Virus record (IMG/VR): IMGVR_UViG_3300025889_000132
Span: 1 to 59,210 of that record
DNA length: 59,210 nt
Reading direction: 5' to 3' (one strand)
Origin: a virus
Taxonomy: Duplodnaviria > Caudoviricetes
The notes under the pieces are model-generated. The model did no database searches and was not told where the DNA came from. It was given only the letters and a program-made list of their open reading frames with translations. The translations under genes and the position numbers were made by a program. Numbering within the stretch: the first letter of the stretch is position 1; every line of letters begins with the position of its first letter. Below are positions 46,714 through 54,778 of this stretch, one piece after another.

Positions 46714-47264
46714 TAACTGTTCCGCAGGGTTGCTTTAATAAACCAGGCAGCCTTGAAGGCTTCCCCGCATAACTCAGCCATGTAGTTTTGGATGTCGATG
46801 GCCTTGACTTTGGCAGCAACAGGCTCAAGCTTCTTGGTCTTCATACCAAGCTCCTCAAGGTTCTTGTAATAAACCGTGAGCATCTCAGTAGGTTTATAGC
46901 TCTTGACGTGCTTGAAATCAGGACTGGCATCCATCAACCCGTCATGACACATGGGCATTAAGTAGTCCATGCTGCGAATGAACTCACCCAGTTTGTCAAA
47001 CTGATTAATGTGAGCTTCGTATTGGTCTTTCAGGAAAGCATGGATTCCAGTGAAGTTAGGTGCTTCGTAGTTGAAGTGCATCAGGTGGGATTGCACCTGG
47101 AGCTGATGAACATAAGCAGACAGTTGAATGAGCTGCTGGATGAAAGCACCAACGTCTCCACCTTTGGACTTGGTAGGTCCTTTGGGTTTTGCTTGAGGTT
47201 CAGGAGCAGCTTGCTGGACAGCAGCAGGCATTTCCTGGGGCATTTGAGGACCAGGAGTATACAT
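46713..47264 (-). CDS. Dps/ferritin-like protein
   Basis: 'HLMHFNYEAPNFTGIHAFLKDQYE...FDKLGEFIR...KAAWFIKA'. Confidence 0.8.
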   Translation of the reverse strand: MYTPGPQMPQEMPAAVQQAAPEPQAKPKGPTKSKGGDVGAFIQQLIQLSAYVHQLQVQSHLMHFNYEAPNFTGIHAFLKDQYEAHINQFDKLGEFIRSMDYLMPMCHDGLMDASPDFKHVKSYKPTEMLTVYYKNLEELGMKTKKLEPVAAKVKAIDIQNYMAELCGEAFKAAWFIKATLRNS

Positions 47265-47266
47265 AC

Positions 47267-48568
47267 TTAATAATTAACCTCTTCCCAGTTTAATGCAGTT
47301 AAGACATCAGCTCCTGCACTTTGAGTTGAAACAACAAGGGCAAGAATATTAGAGGTACCGTCAAAAGAATTTCTTTGTAACTGATACTTAAACAAATCAT
47401 TAGTGGAAAGGTCAGTTACGGTCGAGCCTTGGTTTGAACCAATAGAAAACCCATGAACAAGGCTTTGGCCACCACTAATACCGGTTGCCGTTGTGTTGAT
47501 TTCAACTGGTGAATCAGCACCAGCACTTACCCACGTACCACCAGAAATGGTTGTTGCACCGTTGACTAGTTCCCAACGGTAGTTTGCATTATTGGTAATA
47601 CCCAAAACAGAGATACCGTTTAGAACAGCAACAGCATCTGGTGCGGAAGCTTTAAGACGAATGGCAGCTGTTGGATAAAGAGTTCCAGTAGCTGGTAAAT
47701 CGTATGGTTCAGTAATTTCTTGACCTGCAGCACGTCCTTTACCAACTAATTGGTAACCACCTTCTGATAAAACAGTAGAACAAATCTGTTTAAGAGTGCT
47801 GTTTGTTGTAGTGGTATCTAAATTTTCAATCTCATAACGACAAGGCAATGTTGCCGTTGTCATGTAAGTAGAAGTAATGCTGTTCGCATGGTGGAAAGAA
47901 TGACAATGAACAAGTTCACCATCAATTAAAAATCCAGCACGTACAGTACCGACACCAAGCCATTCGAAGTCAAACCACAAGAGTTGTGATTTTGTCATAT
48001 CGAGCGTATAGGCAGATGGCCCGGTGCCATCAAGCTTGTCAATATTCCAATCAGCCTGAGCAACACGGGTGTTCACAACACTGCCGGTATTACTGGAGCG
48101 CTGCACCAGAAAAGGAGTTGCCGTACCGCTTACTTCAACGTAGTAACCGTTATCAGTACCAAAGTACCCAACACGTTGACGCAGGTTTTCTTTGCCACTA
48201 CTCATGACAAAGCTGTTCATGACTTGCAAAGATTTCCCTGGCTGATAAGAGAAAACCCTTGTTGTTTCACGGTAAACTTGTGAACCAGAAGTTGTATCAA
48301 TAGTTAGATCAACCAAGCCTTCATTTGCATTGAAGGTTGCAGTAGAACCAGAGGTAGCCCACTTACCGTTATCCGTATAACGATGAGAAGAATCGAATAA
48401 TGTGAAGGGTTCTGATACTCTTAAGCGACCAAAAGAATCACCTGCCGTTGTTCCAGGCTGAATATAAGTAGACTGACCGCTTACTGTTGTTACCTCGAGT
48501 GGATAACCACTCATGGTTTGTACTTTATTAACAGTAAATACTTGACCTTGATCTATTGCCGTTGGCAT
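47267..48568 (-). CDS. Virion structural protein (beta-sandwich) outside the structural module
   Basis: 'DSFGRLRVSEPFTLFDS', 'YQPGKS', 'DFEWLGVGTVR'; S/T-G-rich. Confidence 0.7.
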   Translation of the reverse strand: MPTAIDQGQVFTVNKVQTMSGYPLEVTTVSGQSTYIQPGTTAGDSFGRLRVSEPFTLFDSSHRYTDNGKWATSGSTATFNANEGLVDLTIDTTSGSQVYRETTRVFSYQPGKSLQVMNSFVMSSGKENLRQRVGYFGTDNGYYVEVSGTATPFLVQRSSNTGSVVNTRVAQADWNIDKLDGTGPSAYTLDMTKSQLLWFDFEWLGVGTVRAGFLIDGELVHCHSFHHANSITSTYMTTATLPCRYEIENLDTTTTNSTLKQICSTVLSEGGYQLVGKGRAAGQEITEPYDLPATGTLYPTAAIRLKASAPDAVAVLNGISVLGITNNANYRWELVNGATTISGGTWVSAGADSPVEINTTATGISGGQSLVHGFSIGSNQGSTVTDLSTNDLFKYQLQRNSFDGTSNILALVVSTQSAGADVLTALNWEEVNY

Positions 48569-48596
48569 TTGTTTGCACTAAATGGATAACTCCATT

Positions 48597-48986
48597 TTAG
48601 ATCTTGGGAATGTTGTACCAATCTTTGTAATGAATAAGATGAGCAATATCAAGTACTTTTTGATGACGATCATTTTCTGTTAGTTCACGTTGCTTAACTG
48701 CTTCTTTTAAACAGCAAAAGAATTGGTTTGCATCCAGCTGCCCTTCCACAACAAACTCAGCAATTAGGCTAGAAAATTCAGACGTTAATACACGTTTTTC
48801 TTTTTCAATTTTGTCATAGTCAACATTATTAACTTCTTTTGTTTTGTTCATGGGTTCTTGTGTGTAACGTTCAGGATGATTGCGTTTGTACCATTCTTGC
48901 CAAGCCTTAATTGTTTCGATAGGTTCTCGTGTTGTATCGATGTAAATGTTTTGATCGTCAAGATTGGACATTAAAAAAGCGTCCAT
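48597..48986 (-). CDS. Hypothetical protein
   Basis: ORF; start uncertain. Confidence 0.55.
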   Translation of the reverse strand: MDAFLMSNLDDQNIYIDTTREPIETIKAWQEWYKRNHPERYTQEPMNKTKEVNNVDYDKIEKEKRVLTSEFSSLIAEFVVEGQLDANQFFCCLKEAVKQRELTENDRHQKVLDIAHLIHYKDWYNIPKI

Positions 48987-49026
48987 TGGGATGAACGCTT
49001 TAATACTAAACAAATTTAAAGAGAAA

Positions 49027-49344
49027 TCAAGAGGTGAACTCGTGTGTTTGTTGTAGTTGCAACTCTCGAAGCTCACCGTTTTGCAGGCGGATGACAGCGT
49101 CCAGCATGTCAAAGAATTTATTTCGCATGATAGGACCTGCTTCCTTTATGCAAAACTCCTGCCAAAGGCCGGTGTAGACACCGTTGGTGCGACCAGAACA
49201 ATGGTAGAGATGTTCCATGAAGAGAGCTTTCTTCTCTTCTTCTTTGACATTCCAGTTAAGGAGTTGTTCTTTGAGCCAAGGAGTATCAAAAGCTCCTGTT
49301 GTATTCAGACGTACAGCAAGGTCGTCTTGTGCCTGGGTTGTCAT
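49027..49344 (-). CDS. Hypothetical protein
   Basis: Coupled ORF. Confidence 0.65.
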   Translation of the reverse strand: MTTQAQDDLAVRLNTTGAFDTPWLKEQLLNWNVKEEEKKALFMEHLYHCSGRTNGVYTGLWQEFCIKEAGPIMRNKFFDMLDAVIRLQNGELRELQLQQTHEFTS

Positions 49345-49541
49345 TAGTCTTTTAGATCGACATTGAGTACGGTAGAAGAGATACTATCAACGCCTGGACC
49401 GATATCCCACAGTAATTCATGGATATCATCCTGGATGGCATCCGCAACTTGTTCTGGCGTTTTGCCATTAAAAGAGTCGTACTCTAGTTCAATATCAACC
49501 GAGAAGCTTAATGACAGGATTGGCACGGAAGGAGCTTTCAT
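49344..49541 (-). CDS. Hypothetical acidic protein
   Basis: Coupled ORF. Confidence 0.6.
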   Translation of the reverse strand: MKAPSVPILSLSFSVDIELEYDSFNGKTPEQVADAIQDDIHELLWDIGPGVDSISSTVLNVDLKD

Positions 49542-49566
49542 TCCTATAAATAAATGCCTTCTTACT

Positions 49567-49821
49567 TTACAGCAAACGCTCTAAAGAAGCAGCTTGATGT
49601 GTTTGGTAGTAACCAAGACGTTCTTGAATGACGTTGTAGTAGTTAATGCAGGAATCAACAAGTTCTTCTGCAGACATTTGACTGGCCAGATGTTCATTGG
49701 CCAGCATGCCAGCAGCGAGGGTAACAACACCCCACTCCATTTTGTTTCCAATTAAAGCAGATAAGGGAGTTCCATCACTGGTAAAGCCAGCAATCATTTT
49801 ATTAAGCGCTGGATCAGCCAT
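49567..49821 (-). CDS. Hypothetical protein
   Basis: ATG ORF in operon. Confidence 0.65.
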   Translation of the reverse strand: MADPALNKMIAGFTSDGTPLSALIGNKMEWGVVTLAAGMLANEHLASQMSAEELVDSCINYYNVIQERLGYYQTHQAASLERLL

Positions 49822-49837
49822 GGAACCCCCAGTAGTT

Positions 49838-50287
49838 TTATTTGGAAGACAGTTTGTCTTCTTTAATCATAAAGTACCAATAAGCATGAGAAGCATTCTG
49901 GTGAAAACGCTTAGCTTTGTATAGGCTAATTGCCTGATGATTTAGAAAAGCAATTTTCCTTGCACCTTCATCATCAGTACAACCTTTGTTATCGAGACAC
50001 AGATCATGTTCGATACGGTTGCGCTCAAGTTGAAGGGTGCAATCATCAGCGGCATGCTGGTGTGTGGCACGCCGAACGAATGCATCTTCTACATCTAAGG
50101 GAGGTTCAATCTTCCCGAAGAAGTGTGCCGCAATGTTCGGATGCTTCCAGCTCCACTTCGAGTCCCACGTCGGGTTGAACTTGTTGTCTTCCAAAGATTC
50201 GTTTTGTTCGAATGGAGTATTCTTGTTGGACTTTGACACCTGGTGGTAACTCTTGACCGGCCTGGAAAGCTGTGCGGATTGCATCAA
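49838..50287 (-). CDS. Hypothetical protein; start uncertain
   Basis: Fills 49838-50105 and overlaps the gp157 3' end. Confidence 0.5.
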   Translation of the reverse strand: MMQSAQLSRPVKSYHQVSKSNKNTPFEQNESLEDNKFNPTWDSKWSWKHPNIAAHFFGKIEPPLDVEDAFVRRATHQHAADDCTLQLERNRIEHDLCLDNKGCTDDEGARKIAFLNHQAISLYKAKRFHQNASHAYWYFMIKEDKLSSK

Positions 50288-50831
50288 GATTAGGAAGAAT
50301 TTGAGTGGATGTTTTAGGTTCGTCCTTTTCGCTTAGGATTTCACCTTGCATTGAACATACCACGGTCTTCTTATAAGACGTGACTTTTTGTTCAACGCAG
50401 AATTGATTGCGTTCGTCAGCGCTCCAACAGTCAACATCAGTTGATATTTCAACTGTTAAATCTTTCTTTTTAGATAGTGTGAACTGGTAGTTACGACCCA
50501 CAATCTTGTTGTCATCAATTGGCGCAGATCTCCTTAGCCAGTTGATCAGCCCCTTGAGTTGCCGCAGTTGGGATTCGTGATGACGTTTTGCCTTCTGAAT
50601 AAGATCCGACTCTTTCTTAATGCGCTCCAAGGCATCTTCATGGGACGACATGCGGTAGTAAATGCCATCGATTTTTTCTGACCGAAGGCCCATACAGGCT
50701 TCCAGTTCAGCTTTTGCCACTTCCTGGGATTCAGAAGTAAGGAGAGGAAGAGAGCGTTCCAGGGCACCATAGTGCTCGTACAGCTCGAGGATGTTTAGTT
50801 CCTGGAGTTTAACCTGAGTTACTTGTTCCAT
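50106..50831 (-). CDS. Siphovirus Gp157-like protein
   Basis: 'EKIDGIYY.....E..LERIKKE..' coiled coil and C-terminal 'PNLDAIR.A..AG.ELP.GV'. Confidence 0.7.
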   Translation of the reverse strand: MEQVTQVKLQELNILELYEHYGALERSLPLLTSESQEVAKAELEACMGLRSEKIDGIYYRMSSHEDALERIKKESDLIQKAKRHHESQLRQLKGLINWLRRSAPIDDNKIVGRNYQFTLSKKKDLTVEISTDVDCWSADERNQFCVEQKVTSYKKTVVCSMQGEILSEKDEPKTSTQILPNLDAIRTAFQAGQELPPGVKVQQEYSIRTKRIFGRQQVQPDVGLEVELEASEHCGTLLRED

Positions 50832-50834
50832 GGT

Positions 50835-50942
50835 TCAAAAGGTTTGGAATTGGGATTGGATTTTGTTGATCATGTAGGTCAGCATTGCAGCTGCTGCAGC
50901 CCAGAGCAGATCAGTGACGAGAGGCAGAATGGCGTCAAGCAT
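50835..50942 (-). CDS. 35-aa single-TM microprotein
   Basis: MLDAILPLVTDLLWAAAAAMLTYMINKIQSQFQTF fills the gap. Confidence 0.5.
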   Translation of the reverse strand: MLDAILPLVTDLLWAAAAAMLTYMINKIQSQFQTF

Positions 50943-51900
50943 TGGTTGAAACGAGTTGGTTGTTTTTGACAAATGGTTTGAGTTGCTCGAGATACTTACC
51001 AGGAACAGGTAGGTAATCGGCTTCCATCATGTTGTTGAACAAAGTCCAAGCATCATGTTGGGTAAAGGTTTTGCCACGGCCATAGAGCCTCCAGTGTGTG
51101 GCTGGAGCTTGAGCACCTGACTTGGTGTGGAGTAGTACAAAGTTTCCATCTGAGTTTCCATCAGATGGAGGTGCGTACCACCATGCAACAACGTTGCTGG
51201 GCTGACCATTGCGTGCGTTGTTACGAACTTGGGTCAGCTGGCCAAGGTGCTGGATCCAGCGTCTGTGCCATCTGAGATGGATGCAATCTGGTTTAAAGCC
51301 TGGTATTTCTTTCTCGAATAGAGAAAGATGACGGAACTGAGATTGAAAGGACCCACATGAGCAGTAAGGTTCGCTACGCATGGGTTGGGATTTGGGTTGA
51401 TCATCCAGTTCACCATCCAGAGAAATGGGCCGATCCTGAAGCCGAATCCCGTTCGGCGCAACCAAATGTCCAATGTCGGTTTGGTCGGATTGGATGAGTG
51501 CGAGGAGTTCTTCTTCGTGTTGAATGCGAGTGAATTTGTCGGCAAGGAGAGTTTGTAGCTGGGCATTGCGTGAAAGGTGACCAAGAGCGTGAGCGTGGTG
51601 CCAGCCTTTGAACATGACGTACATTTCATTACGCCATGGTGATGGACCTCTGTAGTTAGGACCAAGGTAAGAGAAGAAGTCCTTCAGCCTGGATCTGAAA
51701 TCCAGGTAGGCATTGACAACTAATTGCCTCTCGTAAGTTTCATGTGAACCATCAATACGAGCCACGATGCAGTGATCATTTCGCAGATAAATAGAGGCGA
51801 CTTCACCTTCTTCAAAATCAGGGAAAGCACGCCTGAGATTTGTCTGCGTGTAGATGAGCGACTGCGCCCCATTTAATGGTGTGTAGGTTTGAGTGGACAT
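50935..51900 (-). CDS. SWIM zinc-finger-containing hypothetical protein
   Basis: 'YCSCGSF...CIHL'. Confidence 0.65.
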   Translation of the reverse strand: MSTQTYTPLNGAQSLIYTQTNLRRAFPDFEEGEVASIYLRNDHCIVARIDGSHETYERQLVVNAYLDFRSRLKDFFSYLGPNYRGPSPWRNEMYVMFKGWHHAHALGHLSRNAQLQTLLADKFTRIQHEEELLALIQSDQTDIGHLVAPNGIRLQDRPISLDGELDDQPKSQPMRSEPYCSCGSFQSQFRHLSLFEKEIPGFKPDCIHLRWHRRWIQHLGQLTQVRNNARNGQPSNVVAWWYAPPSDGNSDGNFVLLHTKSGAQAPATHWRLYGRGKTFTQHDAWTLFNNMMEADYLPVPGKYLEQLKPFVKNNQLVSTNA

Positions 51901-51925
51901 GACATGGTGTGGATTGGTTTGGAAT

Positions 51926-52108
51926 TCAGGAGTGAGAAGACTCACTGTCCTGTGGAGTGGACTCGTTGTAAGCGAGCTTGCCCATACGATAGGCAAACAA
52001 GCCGACAGCACCCCAGACTACCGGATTACCGATACAAAAAGCAACGGCACCTGCAGTCAAGGCAGAGATGCTGCCGACCTTGATGGCTTGTTTGGTGTTG
52101 TTTTTCAT
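51926..52108 (-). CDS. Small membrane protein
   Basis: Hydrophobic 60-aa ORF; first gene of a leftward unit. Confidence 0.55.
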   Translation of the reverse strand: MKNNTKQAIKVGSISALTAGAVAFCIGNPVVWGAVGLFAYRMGKLAYNESTPQDSESSHS

Positions 52109-52191
52109 GGTGTTGTTTGTTAACAGAAACAGTAAATTGTTTAAACTGTTACTAACAGAAGTAAAATAATGACTAACAATTAAATAAACAA

Positions 52192-52452
52192 ATGGAAGAA
52201 ATTAAGTACGTGTCTTTGTCTGAATTCCAGGTAGAACCAACTCTTGATGATAAGTTCTGGGAGGAAAAAATCAAACGACACGTACAAGAATGTACTTCCT
52301 TATCTGAAGTAAAAGAGGTAGCAACCCTCTTGGCGAGGATTGCTACCCAAAGACAAGGAGTTATAAGAGGATTGGTTCAAGACATGTTCATCTTTAACAA
52401 TAAAGTTGTTGATGAACAAGACATTGCCAATCCTGATGTGGGATCAAAGTGA
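52192..52452 (+). CDS. Second NblA-like protein (tentative)
   Basis: 'PTLDDKFWEEKIKRHVQECTSLSEVKEVATLLARIATQRQGVIRGLV', a two-helix pattern; has its own TAAAAT hexamer. Confidence 0.45.
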   Translation: MEEIKYVSLSEFQVEPTLDDKFWEEKIKRHVQECTSLSEVKEVATLLARIATQRQGVIRGLVQDMFIFNNKVVDEQDIANPDVGSK

Positions 52453-53454
52453 GGCGTCTTCGCCAGTGGGATTGTTCTCAGGGATGTTGGCACTAGGAAG
52501 TGCAGCTTGATCCTGGAACCCAGCTGGCTTGAGGCTAACGCCATCAGCTAAACCATAAGCACCTTTGAGTTTGGCAGCATCTTGGTTGCTGTGAACATTG
52601 ATGTAATCCTGGTAGAACGGATCGTCTTGAATATCCCAAATCTTCTGCCAATCCTCATTGGGAATGGTTAATAGATCAAGGGAAGTAAAGGCTTCTTCTT
52701 TTGTTGCGTAGCTGGGACGAACAAAGTTATCAATACAAACCACAGTGACATTGTTATCACCACGATTGCCAATCTCAAGTGTTGGCCTAAAGACCCGTGT
52801 TGCAGAAACACGTGGGTCAAACTTCATTGCACCCATACCAAGCTGCATGCTCAGACACTTGTCCATCTCCTTGTTGAATTCTTGGAGATTATTATTCAGC
52901 TCAACACTAACGAGACCTTTTGTTGTTAGAACAATGGGCCTTTCGTGTGCAGGTTTGTAGTCTTTTGTAAGAATAAAAACAAGGTATTTGGTTCGGGTAT
53001 TAAGTTCACGATTTTTCTTACGGCCTTCTGCAACTTCAAGTTTGTCTAATTCAAACCGACGCTTGAGTTCTTCATTATTGAAGTCACCCAAGATGCGTTG
53101 CTTGGTATCAGGACCTTCTTCCACAATCAAGATTCCAGATTGCAGAACGAAACACAAATTAGGATTGGTAAAGAAGTGACCTTGATCACGAGCACCAGTA
53201 CGGAAGCGGTGAGTGTGGTTCCATAAAACAGTACCTTCATCAAAGTCATCTTCAGTGGCAGTCCAGTTACAGGTTGCCAGTGTGTCTTGCTTGACAAAGA
53301 ATCCAGCCTCATTACCAACGAGAGGCTGAAGAGTTCCCAATGGATGCATGCCTACCATGTATTCAGGCTGCTTGAACATCAGGAAAGAATCTGCGGAGCG
53401 AGTTGCAATGGCAGAGCTGGATTGTTTAGCGAGAGATTGTGCTTTGGTTGGCAT
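52444..53454 (-). CDS. Replication/recombination-module protein (DUF5895-like; possible ssDNA-binding/annealing)
   Basis: 336 aa with an acidic disordered tail; downstream of the SSB. Confidence 0.5.
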   Translation of the reverse strand: MPTKAQSLAKQSSSAIATRSADSFLMFKQPEYMVGMHPLGTLQPLVGNEAGFFVKQDTLATCNWTATEDDFDEGTVLWNHTHRFRTGARDQGHFFTNPNLCFVLQSGILIVEEGPDTKQRILGDFNNEELKRRFELDKLEVAEGRKKNRELNTRTKYLVFILTKDYKPAHERPIVLTTKGLVSVELNNNLQEFNKEMDKCLSMQLGMGAMKFDPRVSATRVFRPTLEIGNRGDNNVTVVCIDNFVRPSYATKEEAFTSLDLLTIPNEDWQKIWDIQDDPFYQDYINVHSNQDAAKLKGAYGLADGVSLKPAGFQDQAALPSANIPENNPTGEDASL

Positions 53455-53479
53455 GACAAGATGCGATGTGTTTGGCAGA

Positions 53480-53507
53480 GGATGCTTTTAACGTCATCCC
53501 AGGACGA
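53480..53507 (-). promoter_or_regulatory. Leader RNA element, copy 1 (hairpin/H-type pseudoknot)
   Basis: Minus strand TCGTC-CTGGGAT-GACG-TTAAAAG-CATCC. Confidence 0.55.
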
Positions 53508-53515
53508 TTTTACGC

Positions 53516-53611
53516 TCAACCGCCAGCGGCAAACGTAAATAAAAGAATGACTGACATCAGCATTCCTGGTAGTAAAAGCAGGATTAATAACTGCAGTTGA
53601 TCAACAGTCAT
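53516..53611 (-). CDS. 31-aa single-TM microprotein
   Basis: MTVDQLQLLILLLLPGMLMSVILLFTFAAGG. Confidence 0.5.
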   Translation of the reverse strand: MTVDQLQLLILLLLPGMLMSVILLFTFAAGG

Positions 53612-53855
53612 TCTTTCCTAAGGCTTTGTTGATAATCTCAGTACTCATTTGAGACAGCCTTAAGTACTCATTTGAGACTTCCTTCATGGCTGCAGCGATA
53701 GAACCTTCGCTATGACCACAGCCCTGGAGGAACTTGGCAAAATGACAAACAATTTTGTCTGTAAAAGCCTCCTGGAATTCCATCGTGTAATCAACAGAGT
53801 CATCTTTCAGATTGAAAGTGAACTTGTTGTGGTTGCCTTCAAATGTATCTTTCAT
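53601..53855 (-). CDS. Hypothetical protein
   Basis: Coupled ORF; 'F.KFLQGCG' motif. Confidence 0.65.
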   Translation of the reverse strand: MKDTFEGNHNKFTFNLKDDSVDYTMEFQEAFTDKIVCHFAKFLQGCGHSEGSIAAAMKEVSNEYLRLSQMSTEIINKALGKNDC

Positions 53856-54724
53856 CAGAAAGGAGCATCTTCCAGTTCAGGGGGCTGACCATACTGACCA
53901 GGAAGATCAGGCAGACCAGTGTTTAAGTTCCAAGGATCAGGAGCTTTGTCGGCTTCTTCTTGGGTGTTCTCTTCTGCCTGGGTATCAGGAGTTGTTTTAC
54001 CTCCCCAAAGAGATACAACATTGGCTTCATTAGCCACATTGGTTTGAGGTTTGATTTCCTCTTTACCTTCTGTTTTAACCTGGGAGTTAAAGCCCAAGAG
54101 CATGTTGTCAACACGGATCTTGGTTTGGGTTTTAGTTTCACCAGTCTTTTGATCTTTCCAGCTGTCGGTCACAATGGGACCTTCAATGGAAAGGCTGGTG
54201 CCTTTACCTGTGTTGTTCAGAATCATCTCAGGGTAATTAGGCCCTGGATATTTCTGAGTGCTGTCATACATGGCATAGAAGTTAAAGATGTCTGCTTTGT
54301 TTTTACCAGTAGAAACGGTAAAGCTTTGGTTGCAGATCATCAAACCACTGTCAAGTGTTTTGAATGCCCTGGAATCATTGGCATCAACTGGCCTAAAGCA
54401 CCTGCCATCCAGATGAACAAAGTTCAAGATGGGAAACTCATCTGTGACCTTGTGAATGACAGTGCGCTTGTTGGAATGGAGTGAGTACTCCCGAGTTGTT
54501 GCATCATGACGCAGCTGCGCTTGGTGCACAAAGAGGAGACTGTTGGCTTTGAATCGTGCAAACCGTTCGCATAACCGACCATAGACATTGATTTCGATGG
54601 GGGTTGGTGCTTTGTTTCCTACGGGAGGAATCAAAGCTTTGGCACGGAGTGCTGTTTGTGTGCTCGAGATGTAGATCTCTCGAGGTTCTTCTGACAACTG
54701 AAGACAGATGTCTGCAAAATTCAT
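53855..54724 (-). CDS. ssb: Single-stranded DNA-binding protein (tandem OB folds)
   Basis: 'KGTSLSIEGPIVTDSWKDQKTGETKTQTKIRVDNMLL'; acidic tail ending 'EDAPF'. Confidence 0.8.
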   Translation of the reverse strand: MNFADICLQLSEEPREIYISSTQTALRAKALIPPVGNKAPTPIEINVYGRLCERFARFKANSLLFVHQAQLRHDATTREYSLHSNKRTVIHKVTDEFPILNFVHLDGRCFRPVDANDSRAFKTLDSGLMICNQSFTVSTGKNKADIFNFYAMYDSTQKYPGPNYPEMILNNTGKGTSLSIEGPIVTDSWKDQKTGETKTQTKIRVDNMLLGFNSQVKTEGKEEIKPQTNVANEANVVSLWGGKTTPDTQAEENTQEEADKAPDPWNLNTGLPDLPGQYGQPPELEDAPF

Positions 54725-54748
54725 GGGAATGGAAGAGAAAGGTTCGGT

Positions 54749-54774
54749 CTTTTAACGTCATCCCTACAGGACGA
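54749..54774 (-). promoter_or_regulatory. Leader RNA element, copy 2
   Basis: Minus strand TCGTC-CTGTAGGGAT-GACG-TTAAAAG; 16 nt identical to copy 1. Confidence 0.55.
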
Positions 54775-54778
54775 AAGG

